From assembly GCA_023213395.1 (NCBI GenBank), contig CM041465.1:167407741-167471740 (forward strand): a DNA stretch of 64,000 bases, given 5' to 3'. Below, one piece after another: positions 13,530 to 26,769 of the stretch; the stretch's first letter is position 1; the number at the start of each line of letters is the position of its first letter. The DNA is from Cycas panzhihuaensis (taxonomy: Eukaryota; Plantae; Cycadophyta). The translations under genes were made by a program, and so were the position numbers. The notes under the pieces are model-generated. The model saw nothing but the letters and a program-made list of their open reading frames with translations. It searched no databases and was not told where the DNA came from.

Positions 13530-16500
13530 TGAAGGAAGAGGTTTTGGAGCCACCTTCCACCTAAGATATACAATACAAATAAGATAATAACATAATAAGA
13601 ATTGAGAAGGTGGAATTTATACAACCTCCAAAATTAATATCTAAACTATCATTCAATCATTCTTGATATATTACATAAGGTATTATCTTATATATACAAA
13701 ATATATAGTTACAAAGAGGTAAGAAAACTATGAGAGAAGTTGATCATGTAAGGTGACTAGTGGTACCATATATGATCAACATTATATATGTGTTCCAAAT
13801 TATAATGTAGTATGGGTATTTAGAACCTTGTGAGCATTAGGCTCATAACTATAAGTCATGACTAGCTACTAATATTAACATGACTAAAATACATGTATAA
13901 TACACTTTATCACATTGAGTTGATAAAGTGACTAATATGGCTTACTAGTATAACTTTGTATTTACAAATATACAATGTAATTACAAATATTAAATGTTGA
14001 ATTAATTAATGCATCATTAATTCTTCTATCACCCTACCTTAATGTTGATCTCATTAATTTTGATTATGAGACCATGCTAAAACTATTTGAATTTATCATG
14101 ATTAAATACTTTGGTGAAGATATCTATAATTTGTTTGTTAGTCAACTTGTAAATTAGATTAAATCTCACCATCCTCAACATGTTCTTAGATGATCTAATG
14201 GTGAAGCTTGATATACATTGTTATTCTATGGAATATAGGAAGTAGCTTATGTTTCATAATACTAACCTCTTTAAGAATTCTTCTTAGCTAAGTAGCCTCT
14301 GTAGCTACACTGATAGAAAATTTGTACTTTACTTTAATGGAGGACAAGGTGACATTTATCTACCTTTTATAACTCCATGAAATAGAGGTATAACCTAGGT
14401 TAAAGTAGTAACCTAGGGTTAATCTATGGCTATCCTTGTAACTAGCCTTATCAACATTTGCATAACCTACCAAAATTGGATTATTTACCTAGAAATAATT
14501 AAGTCTAAATTGAAGTGAACCCTAGAGATATATTAGGATTCATATAGCTACCTTCTAGTATGAAATCTTGGATTTTATCATAAACCTAGAATAAATCCTA
14601 ATAACATATGAAATATCTAGTTGAATATATATGAGGTAGATCAATTTCTCCATAAGCTACCTATACAAAGTAGGATTAATAGGTTTACCATGCTCATCAA
14701 TATCTAGCTTAAGTCTAGTCTCCATAGGGGTTGGTGATGGTTTGCATTTCTCTATTCTAAATTTCTAAAGGATCTCCTTTGCATATTTGGATTATGAAAG
14801 GAAGATGCAACTTGGCTACTCCCAAACTTCTATACCAAGAAAATAGTAGAGTAACCTAAGGTCAGTCATCTTAAAGCTACTTTTAATTCCCCTTAAAGGT
14901 ATGAAATTTACTTTATATCATTATCAATTATTATAAGATCATCAATATACAACATGATTAAAGTGATTAAGTAATCTTGGATTTTGATGTACAATTAGGA
15001 TCCAAGGATAACCATATAAGTCTATGCTTCTAAAAATATTCATCTATATTCATATACCAAGCATGAGGTGATTGCTTTAAGGACATAAAGAGCCTTCTTT
15101 AACTTATAGAGTAGATGCCATTTTCTATGAATAATATAACTAGGAGGTTAATTTAGCTACATTTCCTCTTATAAGTCATTATTTAAAAAGGTGCTTTTTA
15201 TATCCATATAGAAGATAGGCCAATTAAGCTAAGCTACTAATGGCAAAACAAGCCTCACAATGGTCTTATTGGCAATAGGAATAAATTTATGATCATAATC
15301 AATGCTTTCAAACTGTTTGAAACCTTTGGAAACTAAATGTGCTTTGTAGTGTTGAATGGAGCCATGTACATTAAGTTTTACTTTATAAATCCAATGATAA
15401 TCAATTAGTTTCTTTCCATCCCATAGCTTAATTATCTCTAAAATGTCATTTTACAAAATAGAATATATTTCCTCATTCATGGCTACTTACCGCTTTTGGT
15501 CTCTAACAACTTCTATAAAAGTGGTTGGCTCAAGAGCTAATAATACTTTTGTCATTAAAGAAAAGTTAGTAGATGACTTATACTTTGATTGCCTCTTAGA
15601 TTATTGTGGAGACAATGGAGTAGAATAGATTATCTATAGGTACCATTTGGGAAGCTACTTTGAAGTGAATTCTACTTAAGAATCGTTTGAAGGAATTATG
15701 GAAGTGAAAGTTGAACTAGAAGTTGAGGTAGGAGGTGCATATGAAGGACTAGGAGTATATGATAAAGATGGAGGTAATTGAACTATAAGAAAATTCTATA
15801 TAGTATAAGGTGGAATAGGAGTTACTATAGGTTGTTCATTAAAAAATGAAAGTTAAGATAAATCCAAGTCTTAGTTCTCTTTTGAAAAAAATTACATCCT
15901 AAGATATATACATTTTTCTAGTAGTAGGATTATAAAGTTTGTATGCTTTGTAATTGGTTAGTAGCCAATAAAAATACACTTCCTATTTTTGTCATCTAAT
16001 GCCTTCCTTTGTTCTTCTAGTATAAGTATATATACCATACAACTAAAAATATACAAATGCAAGACTGTGGGTTTTTTACCTAACTAGGCCTTCTTAGGTG
16101 TAATATTTAAAATTACCTTGGTTAGACTTCAATTTTTAAGATAAGCAGTAGTATTAATGGCTTAAACTTAGAATTGAAGTCCTATTTTTTTTGCAACAAA
16201 CATGGCTTTACTTTTTTTAACTAAGGTTTAATTCATATACTCAATAACTCCATTTTGTTGAAGTATGTAAGGGGTAGAAAACTGCCATTTGATACCATTA
16301 TATTTATAAATATGGATGAATTATCTATAAGTATATTTACCTCCATTATCACATCAAAGGATTTTGAGTGGTCTTCTAGATTTCAATTCAATTCTATACT
16401 TAAATTCTCTAAACTTTTCAAATGCTTCTAATTTCTACTTTAGGAAATAAACATATACCTTATGGGAACAATCATTAATAAATATAATAAAGTAGGGGCA

Positions 16501-18280
16501 CCTATTGAATGATGCCTAAGATATGGGTCCACAAATATTAGAGTGAATAAGGCCCAATGGTTCTCTAGTATGCCAAACTCTACCATTTGATTTAAACATA
16601 GCTCATTGATATTTTTCCATGACATAAGTCTTATAAAATGTCTAGTTTGCTTAATATTCAGTAATCCATATATAATATCCAACTTAAAAAGTAAGTGGAG
16701 GCTATTCATATTCAAATGACCAAGGCATTGATGCTTAGGAAGTCTCTAAGAAATAAGTGCCTTTGAAGCAGATTGCTCATTAATATTAGAGGTACAAGTA
16801 GAAGTATCAAATGTAGAAGTTATATTGCTATAAGTGTCAGTATCATTTTGTAGAAGTATAGGTCTTAAAATCACATCAACATTATACAAACCTTGGTCCT
16901 CATATCTAAAGGTAATCAAATTACCATTCAAATTAGTAATCAAACATTTCTTAAGGTGGATAAATAAGATATCAAACTTTCACTTATTTATTTGGTTAAT
17001 AGATAAGAGATTATATGTCATACTAAGGACATAGAAAACATTATTAAGGTGATGTCTAATATAAAAATCTTTTAAAGCTATGGGATTATTATTAATCTTG
17101 GCAACCTTTAGAATAATACCATCATCAAATGTAACTAATTGGTCATAAAGTAGCCTTGTATCTATAAGTAAGTCTTTATAATGTATCATATAATAAGAGG
17201 CTCTAGAATCTATCAACTAAGATTTGTTAAATGATGCACAACAAATATAATAAAGAACAAGTTTTATGAATTGGCCATATGGCCTCCTTATTTCTGATTC
17301 TATCTCTAGTTACAATTTTAGTTTTTTTGGTTACATTGAGGGGCATACTAATTCTACCTTGTGGGTCCTTGGTAATTGCCATTTCCATAATTCTAATTAC
17401 CCCAAGTTATAGGGTAGTTTTGGTTATATTGCTATTATAAGTCAAGTTTCTTCTTCCTATAATTGGGTGCAATATGTCCCAATTTACCATAATAGTGACA
17501 AATAATCTTATTAGGATGTTTAAGGCACTACCAACACTACTGATATAGATGTTGATTTAAATCCATTGAACTAAACTACTAATTAAGGTGTGAACATTAT
17601 TATTTCCCCTTATGTCATGCAACTAAGGTAAGAGTTGAAGAAGTGACACTTAAATCTCTAAGTCTATTTAGAATACATTCCTGTTGAAACAGAAGTCCTT
17701 TAAAATATTGAAATCTAATATGGCAAGATGATTAGAATGAGATAAATTAGATATAAGAGAATTGTATCCTATTGGTAAATACATTTATAATACAAGATAT
17801 AAAGTCACTATCTTTAGCTCGCTTTCCTATAATGCTTAACTAGTTCTTGATTAACTTAATTTGAGTTAAGAGAGTTGCAATTGATCCTATATATGGTATA
17901 GAGTAGAGTTGTTCTTTAAGTATAATAGCTTTAGTATTATCCTTCCTTTAATACAATGTAGAAATTATATTCAAGGCTTTAACAAAAGTGGTAGTAAGCT
18001 CAATGTTTTGGCCAATATTATCCTCATAGGAAAGGTGTAAAATGGAAAGTGTAATTTCATCATATTCATTAAATGAAATAGGGGTAACTAGATCAAGTGG
18101 TATAGTAATAGTAGCATCATTAGGATCTTTAGTAGGTTTAAGTTTAAGAGTGATACTAAAAATATAAGTCTAAAGTTTATTTATTATCAATATATTCTTG
18201 ACTTGTTTCTTCTAAGCTAAGAAATTATCACTTCTTAATAATTTAATACTATTAGTTGTAACCATTTTAAGTGCCATCAT
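13530..18280 (-). mobile_element. Ty1/copia element (Ale-like gag start), decayed full gag-pol plus 3' LTR; 5' LTR not found
   Basis: Candidate LTR 13530-14031 (TG...CA) with PPT TTAAGGTAGGG. Domain order gag-PR-INT-RT-RH on the minus strand. Confidence 0.85.
14050..18280 (-). pseudogene. copia gag-pol remnant
   Basis: gag SIKLLRSDNFLA*KKQV, knuckle ICHYYGKLGHIAPN (about 17470-17510), protease *LIDSRAS (about 17200), HQCLGHLN, integrase core, RT (YKAHLVSKGFKQF, LYIDDLII) and RH remnants. Many stops. Confidence 0.85.
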
Positions 18281-21200
18281 GTCTCAAATAAATGCCTAGT
18301 CTATCTTAAAGGTTTGCTAATCTAGTATCTAAAGTTTTAGTGCCTCCTTACCTAGTAACCTGTAGTAGTTGACACGACTCTATCTGATGGCATACCTACT
18401 CACAAGTAGCAGCTCAAAGACTTAATGTATCCAAAAGTACATGGGTGCTACTAATGGTTCTTCTAACCTCTTAGAATTATTAATCCACCCGTTCTAGATT
18501 TATAGCCTAAATGATAGATCCTTATCTTAAAGCACACTTCCAACCAAAGCACTCACCCTCTCTAAGTCTAACTTAGTCTCCAAACTCTAAGGTCTATCAA
18601 ATAATCACCTTAGTCTACCACTCAATACACCTTATAGTTATTGCCTTCCCTTATAATCTATAGAGTTTAAGGAAACATAATAATATGCGTAGGAGTGGTA
18701 CCTTTAAGGGTCCTAACTATTCCCCTTATAGGACTAGTATCGAAGGGTTATTCAATTAAGTGTTAATTTTTAATGTTTCAAGTTTTTAAAATTTTTTAAG
18801 ATTTTGTGATTATTATTATTATTATTATGTATATATAAAAAGAAATATAATAGAACTAAAAAACCTCTAAAAAAAAAAAAATTAAAAAGGCTTTAAAATA
18901 ATTTAAAAAAACTAAAAAAAAAAAAAAGAAAACTTATAGCAAATATTTTAAATTTCATAAACTAAAGTTTAATAATTATAGATAATTAAAAAATAAATTA
19001 GGGTGACATCAATAGAGGTGATTAAATGAGGATATGCAAAAATATTTCTTTTGAATGAAGTTATGAAAGCATGATCTTGCACCATATCTCAAGTTTGGAT
19101 CTAGAGAGGATTACAATGAGCAATCATATTATAATATTTTGCCAATCATATAGTGACTAGAAATCAAACGAAGCTTGTAGAATTGCATGGTTTCACACCA
19201 TAAAATTTATTGACAAATCTTCTAAAAGTTGATTTATCTTAAAATCCTTGGATTTTGGATTTCAATACATCTAAATAGAGGTCTAGAATACCATCTTCCT
19301 TTGTATACATGTTGAATTACCTTAGATGCATGTGATGTATCTTTAAATTTGTGGTGTCAATTGATCTACAAGAAAAAATATGAAGTTATAAGGATTGTAT
19401 GATACATCTCTATATTTGTGGTGGTCTTTGATTTGTAAGTATAAATGTTCATTAATCCTAATAAATAGATGTATGGCCTATGTGATGCAACCCCTTGCCT
19501 AATCATAGGCCTAATTATCATTAATGGACATTAGATTATAAGATGCTTTCATAAAATTTCAACTATAGATCAGAGTATTCAATATTAGTATTGACAAGGG
19601 TAATATTTCCACCATTCCACTACATTAGTAAGAGTAGTTTGATGAATGTAGAAGCCATTAATGGGGAGAATAATGAGCTCTTAAATAAATTGGTAGATAT
19701 AAAATATAAAGGCTCAGTCTGGCATAACCAATATGCATGCTTATAGGTTCACAATATCCCTTCTATTTGCTCAAAGATTTCCTATTATTCCTTTAAAAAT
19801 AAACCCTACAAAAAGGGTGGGTAACCCTAGGAAAAGGTTTAAATCTCATATTATATTGGCTTCCATAAATATTGTCATGAAGGTATATAATCTTTTAACA
19901 TAAATATATCATTCCTAAGGAAACAAAAGCCACTATATATTTGATGTTTGATAGTGATTAAAGTTACTGGAACATAATTTATATTTAGTATTTTTGGTTT
20001 TAATAAGAATCATTAAGATGAGATATCTTTATAGCTCTAGACAAATGATCTTAAGGGATTCAAAAAGTATGAGAGTATTGATGTTATTAATGCTATGGTA
20101 TTCAATATAGAAATTGATAGTTGAGGCCTATAAGTGATGTTGATTATTCCTCTAATTATTGCAAAGGCTACATATTAAGTAGGGCCAAAGGAAATAGTTA
20201 GTATTATAGAGAAGCTCTATGATATTGAGTTAATGATGGCTTTGCAAGACTGTTTGAGTAAAATAAGATCTAACAATATATGGTGTGAAGGAGATTGCTT
20301 GCATTCTCAATGGAAAGAAGAAGAAGAAGCAATAAATATGGATGCTTTGGATTTAGGTTGAAGAGGTGGTGGCATGCGGGGTGCTTCAAAGGTGGCTCAT
20401 CTGTAGTTTCATCTTCAGGATCAAAATTTGGGGTCAATGGTGAATATGACTCTTTGGGCTTTATATACATAAGCATGCCTAAGGAACCATTTTTCTATGG
20501 ACTAGGAGCATATACTAGATTCTTTATGCCTTTAAACCTTAGATGTGGGCATCTATATATATGTTGATGGCTATTCCACTACTAGTCTTTTAGTTGGACG
20601 GTCTATTGATTGTCATTATGATTCCTCTACTCAAAGCCTTATAGATCTATATAGATTTATGAGCCTTTAGTGACTAAACCATGGTGAGTCTTATTTAAAC
20701 CCTAATGCTAACTCTATTATAAATTCAACTTTAGTGGTCTTGACTGAATTGATAGTATCTTGAAGACTAGAAGGCTAGTTGGTCTTTAACCTCATTGGGA
20801 TCTATTCTTTAAGACTATGTAAGTTTCAATCAATGTCTATTTTTCTAATTTTTAGGTAACTTGATTATGAATGGCCTGAAGCTCATTTATGTAGGCTTCA
20901 ATTGATATTATTTATCTTAACCACATCATTTAACCAAAAAAATTTGGTTCTATGTCTCTTCATATTACTTAAAGAAACATTTATAAATTTGGTCCCATGT
21001 TTGATTTGTTAGGTACTTATTGGTCCATTATTTATACTAGTGGTGAGCTTTGCCTTCCAAGTAAATGGAGGTAAATGCCAACTAATTAGCTTTATACATA
21101 TGATTGAGTGTAAAATATGAATCTAATTTACTAATCTAACTGTGAGTTGCATCCTTGCTATGATCTAGATCAAAGATTGGTATATTGATCTTATGATTAA

Positions 21201-21671
21201 ATGGTTGTTGTCATGGAGACTGGGGGGGTGGGATTCCACCTTGTAAAGTTCTACCTTATAAGGTGCTAGTGGAGTTAGAGCTAGTAACAAAGATAAAATT
21301 GGAGAGTTAATTGTGTATAGTTATAACCTATTAAGTGAGGTTTATAATATCCATTGATAACTTAGGTGTATGATGTTTATGTGTGTCTTGCATAGAGAGA
21401 AACTAAGTTTCCAAAGAGGAAAGGCATGTAGAGTGTATGAAAAGGGGTTTTGACAAAGTAAGATCTAGTTAAATGAAAGGAATATAAGAAATGGAAGAGA
21501 TAAATATAAAGGGTATCAAAGGAGTAGAGATATATAAAATGAATAGAGTAGGGGAAAGAGAGGTAGGATGTATGGTATTTATAGGCTGTTGACCCTAAAA
21601 ATTAAGTAAGAGAATCACCTAATGTATTTAGAATAAGAGAATGAGCTCGTCAAGATGATATAGGTGGGTAG

Positions 21672-24203
21672 TGAAACGCTCTCCACGGGGCAATGATCCA
21701 ACGCCTAGCGGGAAGGACACAAAACCACAGGGCTAATAGGCTAAAGAACGAGGATCATACCTCGCGGGACGTCCGTCTTGCCGGAGCGCGTGCACGGACG
21801 CAAGGTGCTGGTTGCTTACAGGTGGCCGTGCAAGGCGAGACCCTCCTACCCTTCGGATGGCCGGGAAGGGGAAAAGGAAACTCGCACGCCGCTACTTCTC
21901 AAGGTAATGAGAAAGCGGCGAAGGGGGGCAACCAACCGAACGTGTCACGGGTAAAATATATGCAAGAGCGGCTAAGGAGGGATCGGTCAAAGGATCTCAA
22001 ATACCATAATACGCGGGGTATAGCAAAGAAAGGTACAAGTAAAGCAAATGCAGAGTAAAAAGCAAGTATAAAATAAATAGTTATTTCTTCCCCTTTTTCT
22101 TATGTTCTTTAACTACTAAAGCAAGTGTAAAGAAACGTAAGAGCACGAAAAAAGGGTATGGAAGGTGAGCGGAGAATACCTGGATCCGGCGGTTGGGCTG
22201 AGACGCAGCTGTCACTACTGCGCTTCCTCCCGTCGTCCTCCTCGTGCGACGTCGGTTGCAAGCGGTGATGGGGGATCACTTACCTCCCCGAAAGCAAATA
22301 AACACTAACTAAACTGAAACGATAAAATAATAAAGCTCAAAGCGACACAAACAAAAGGGAGAACATACCAAACAAGCGTCGACCGGCAACGGGTCGACCC
22401 TATGCGCCCCTTTGTTCCGAACGCTCCTGCAAGCAAATAAGCAGAATACCTTCCCCTCGAGAGAGAGGCTACGAGATACAAAAAGGTATGTATATATGTG
22501 CCGCAAGTAAAATAAACTAAGCTAGGAAGATACGGTTAAGCACTAACATGCAATGAAAGGAAACGAAGTCACACGACACATATGCAATCGATATACACCA
22601 CCAACGCACTAAACGGGATTGAGTGTAGCCCTGGATGGCTAACTCACCCACGAGAGGTCTCTACAGATATAAGGGAAGCGATGCTAGCATGTAACAGGGT
22701 CGTGTAGCAACGGATAGCCTATACCAAGACGGGTATTCAAACCGACTCTCCAAAGCTTCTCTAGCCCCGCTTCCTAAACAAGAGCGGGAGATAAAGGGGA
22801 GAGGATAAGGGACTAACCCTTGGGGAGTAGGGCAGACTGGGGACGGAACCCCGCCTACCTCCCTCTAACCCTCGTGTAACCCTTTATGCCTATTGCCCAA
22901 GAAATGGCGAAAGAGAAGGGTTGGAGGAAAAGGATGGGTTTAGGGGGCAAGTGAGAAACTAGGCCTAGCCTAGGGCAACACTCAATGGGCCACAACCGCT
23001 ACGGTTATTTGCATCAAATGATCAAGGGAAACTCAAGGAAATACATGCACAAAGAGAGGAAAAGATTTGCAAGTAAGCAATGAAGAAATAAGCAAAAAGC
23101 ACTTAACAAGGGACACCAAATACCTCCAATGATGAGAAATGAGAGCATGTAGGTCCTTGGAAGCTTGGTGTAGCGGTCCAACCAATGCCTATGAGGTGTT
23201 GTTGCATGTCCCTTGCAAGAGAATAAGGTAGTGGAACCTCATGCAAGTCAAAAGCTTGGAAATGGCTCCTTGCGATGGTCTTTCTTGGTGAAAAATCCTC
23301 TTGAAAGCCTTGAGAATGTATGAAGAGGAAGAGTGCTTAGAACGGAGTCTGTGAATGGCCTGCAACTCCAGAATAAGCACCCTTTGTACCTCCGATCCAC
23401 AAATGTAGGAGGATGTCTCTTATCACTGTTTTTGTTCTTTGTCTCTTTGTGAAAAAATGCTCTAAGAAAGTTGAAAAGTGAGGTGAATAATGATGCAAAT
23501 GAATGAAAAATGGTTTTATGTCTCGAGTGAAGCAAGTGAACGTTGGGGCCCTGGCGCCCAACGTTAGAGCCACGCCATTCGAAAAATCGCGCCATCGTCG
23601 TGGTTTCTCTTTTTAAATTTTAAGCGATCATGCGATAAACTTAGCGATCAGCTTAAGTTTATCATGCAGACGACCGGTACCGCCTCGAACTCATGCATCG
23701 CTTAATTTACATGCAGACGAATCAAAACCCAAAAAACAGAAAATTAAAGTAAGAAATCAGGTTTTTAAGGTAAAATCATAAGTTAAACTCAAAATACATT
23801 AGTCAAGAGCAGCTTTAGGTCATGGGCATGTGCTCAAACGGCAAAAAGACCTAACTAAGGGTTAAACCAAAGCTTAGAAAGGGTTTGCAACATAAGCGGC
23901 CTGTGTAACACGCATAAACAGTGGCAAAAGCATCCCGAAGACCATGGAGACGTCGTGGGTGGTTGCACGCCATACGAGGTGTCGCGATTCACGATGAATG
24001 CCCCCCGTGAGTCGTCATAGGCTAAAAGGTGCGGTTAGGCACATCCATAATCAACAACCAATCAAACACCTCCATATCCACACCCACATCTCAATCAAAC
24101 CATTCCCAATTACTCCAACCATCATAACTAACCAAACTAAACCCATATACTGCGCACAAACCAGGTCGATGTGTCATGAGTCCATTCCCGATGGCCGGAA
24201 ACA
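21672..24203 (-). repeat. 3' LTR of the young element
   Basis: tgaaacgctctccacgg ... ccggaaaca; direct repeat of 29072-31618. Confidence 0.95.
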
Positions 24204-25014
24204 TCGCCTTATGGCGTGAGCCTCCGCTTGAGAGCGTAATGTGATGGCGAATGCTGTCAACCAAGAAACATGAGTAGCACATGCATATATATATAAACAA
24301 TAAAGAGCAGCACGTGGTCCAAGGGTGCGGGCAAGTGTCGTGGCGGAACGCGTGGACAAGGGCGACAGAGACGAGGACAACGTAGGGGCTGCCTACGCGT
24401 CGTCTAAACATCGAGCGGAAACTGAAGTAAGCAGTACAACGGGATGCCCCCATTGCCAAGGTGCAACGTGAAGTAAGAGGGCATCCGGCAAAGAGAGCAA
24501 GCACATCTAACCGATAGCAACCGGAGACTTGGGCACGGGCTGGCCAGACAAGCCTCCACATGAAATGGTGTGTATCATGTATGATAGATGTAGCATGTAT
24601 GATTTATTTTGTAAATGAATGATTTTTGTATGTTGTAAATGTACATATGTTGTAAATATTTGTATGTTTTAGAAATGCAAATGTGTAGATATGCAGATTT
24701 TTGTTGTAGATATCTTACTGAAAGTATGCAGGTGTTTCCTTCCATGTATGGCCATATGTCTACAGAGCACACACATCCACCGTGAGTAGAGGCGATCGAG
24801 AGGTGTGAGGTTAGAGGATGGGGCGACATACATGTCCACGAGGGAGCATAGCGGAATGTGCAAAGGAAACGACAAGCATGGAAAGGGGGGGGTAACGATA
24901 CTCCACAGCGTCGTCCTAATTTGGGGAATGCCCAAAATAGGAAGACAAAGGTTCCCAATAGCTCATGGGAACGCGGGTTCCGCAGGAGGAACCAGAAGGA
25001 GAAACGAAAAGAAA

Positions 25015-25266
25015 ATCCATCTTAAATTGCCATTCAACCCGTGGTTGGGAAGAATGGGGACAATTTAAAATGGTAGTTTAGGCTCGTTTCGGAGCAAGAA
25101 TCCATCTTAAATTGCCATTCCACCCGTGGTTGGGAGGAATGGGAACAATTTAAAATGGTAGTTTAGGCTCGTTTCGGAGCAAGGATCCATCTTAAATTGC
25201 CATTCCACCCGTGGTTGGGAGGAATGGGAACAATTTAAAATGGTAGTTTAGGCTCGTTTCGGAGCA
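25015..25266 (-). repeat. tandem array, 3 x 85 bp; each unit is the conserved hairpin-TAAACTAC motif plus a long stem-loop
   Basis: Units start at 25015, 25100 and 25185 and are near-identical. Confidence 0.95.
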
Positions 25267-25899
25267 CGAGGAGAGGAAGAGGTGTGCCTAGACCCCATAA
25301 AGGTAGGGGTAGTCACACGTAGGGTAGGAGATAGGTGACGAAGAGTAGGGCCAGTGTGGCTAGGCCTACTAGTAAACTTGCTATGGTCGGAACCAGATGA
25401 GTGCAACAGACTTGGCACACGGCGGACCGCGTGGCAAGGTTGCATCCGAGTAGGAGTGGCTCTAGTCCGAGGTAAGGATCTAGAACGTGAAGAGGAAGTG
25501 CCTCTACGAGTGGCTCGTCGACGTGGGTGCCTACGTGAAATCGCTCGGGGAGGCCGAGAAGGTAAGATAAATGGCTGGTTTAGGACCCGGTGGCTCGGGG
25601 CCATCAGAATGAGGAAGAGCGGGAATATCCGATCGAGATATTCCCCTAGGTGCTCGCGAAACCAGGGTGACACGTCGAGGAGAGGGCCCATAGCCCTCGC
25701 CATCCGAATCAAAATCACTCATGGCGGCTAAATGCAGTAACCACCTACACCAATAGGGGCAAACCTAACTAGGTTTGGCTCATGACGCAGCATAGCTCGG
25801 ACTGATGAAGGTCGGTCTCCTGGAACAAAGGTCCCACAGAAGTGGTAACCTCCTCAGGATCGCTATCTTCATCATCGAAAACAACCTGGCGGTGGATGA

Positions 25900-26769
25900 G
25901 AGGTGTGAGACTAAGATTGGCACACGGGCGACACCTTTAACTTGTCCTTCATGGACAAATTTAAGTTGCCCCCACTGCGTGGAGCAGACTGCCCCCATCT
26001 GGTCGAGCCATGGTCGGCCCAACAAGAGGTTGTACTCCACATCGACGTCGAGTACAAAGAACTCGATGTAAACGGTTTTCCCTCCTAAGGTGAGGGATAG
26101 GGAGGCTGCCCCGGAGGGACTTCTCGATCCCATCATACCCTTGGCATTTCAAGGGATGACTCAAGAGCTACTATGCCTAGCTCCTTGAGCATACGCCAGC
26201 ATAGCGTTAACAGAAGAGCCATTATCTACAATGGTCCTCTTTACGATACAATCAGGAGTATCAATGGTAATGACGAACGGGTAATGCAAAAGCTTCTCCC
26301 GCTTGCTGGGAGATGGGAGATCTCTAGGATCAAATGAGATGACAGGTGGCCCATGGGAGGTAGCACCTATCGCATGGATGGAAGCGTCTTGTTGACCAAG
26401 AGCTTCAAGAAGAAGAGCACGTTGCTCAGGGCAGCTTCTCAAGACGTCCATCAAGGACATTCCCGCAGCGACGGTATAGAGCTCGTCAACAATAGAAAAG
26501 GGTTTACCCTTCCCTGTGGGTTGGGTAAGCGCCCTTCTAAAGTCGAATCGGCGGGCGGACGGAATAGTCTTGGGAAGCGCAGGAATCTCCGGAGGAACGG
26601 CTTCCGGAGGAGGATCAAGGTGAGATGTGGATGAAGAGGCACCAGCTGCCTCTTTAGCGGCTTGGGGCCAAGTTAAGGCATATAACAGAGTGGTCTCAAG
26701 CAATTGGACAACCTTCTTTCCCTTGTAGCGGGACCGCGAAGGTGATGGAGCACGGCGGTCGGGGGCCAA
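25900..26769 (-). CDS. aspartic protease region of the young element (apparent frameshifts)
   Basis: VKRTIVDNGSSVNAM and FFVLDVDVEYNLLLGRPWLDQMGAVCST. Upstream GKPFSIVDELYTV..MSLMDVLRSCPEQRALL matches element B (GSFSLVNELKTI..ALLKYCSE). Confidence 0.85.

Noticed and set aside
19450-20250. hAT transposase remnant
   Set aside because: Only a weak MHAYRF resemblance to the HAAGY motif, with no TIR or TSD seen. It needs a BLASTX/HMM test.
20270-20567. Host gene exon
   Set aside because: Overlapping short ORFs on both strands with no recognisable domain or supported splice structure.
22810-22945. Interstitial telomeric repeat (TAACCCT, GGGTTTAGGG)
   Set aside because: Isolated dispersed units within the LTR, not a tandem array.
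21693-24958. Short ORFs in the young LTR and 3' region as genes
   Set aside because: GC-rich chance ORFs; frames differ between the two LTR copies and no domain is recognisable.
25075-25100. Hammerhead ribozyme (CGAAAC present on the minus strand)
   Set aside because: No CUGANGA core or three-way junction, and the CGAAAC loop is not conserved in other motif copies.
25015-25266. CRISPR array
   Set aside because: Units are near-identical along their full length, with no unique spacers and no cas genes; the context is a eukaryotic retroelement.
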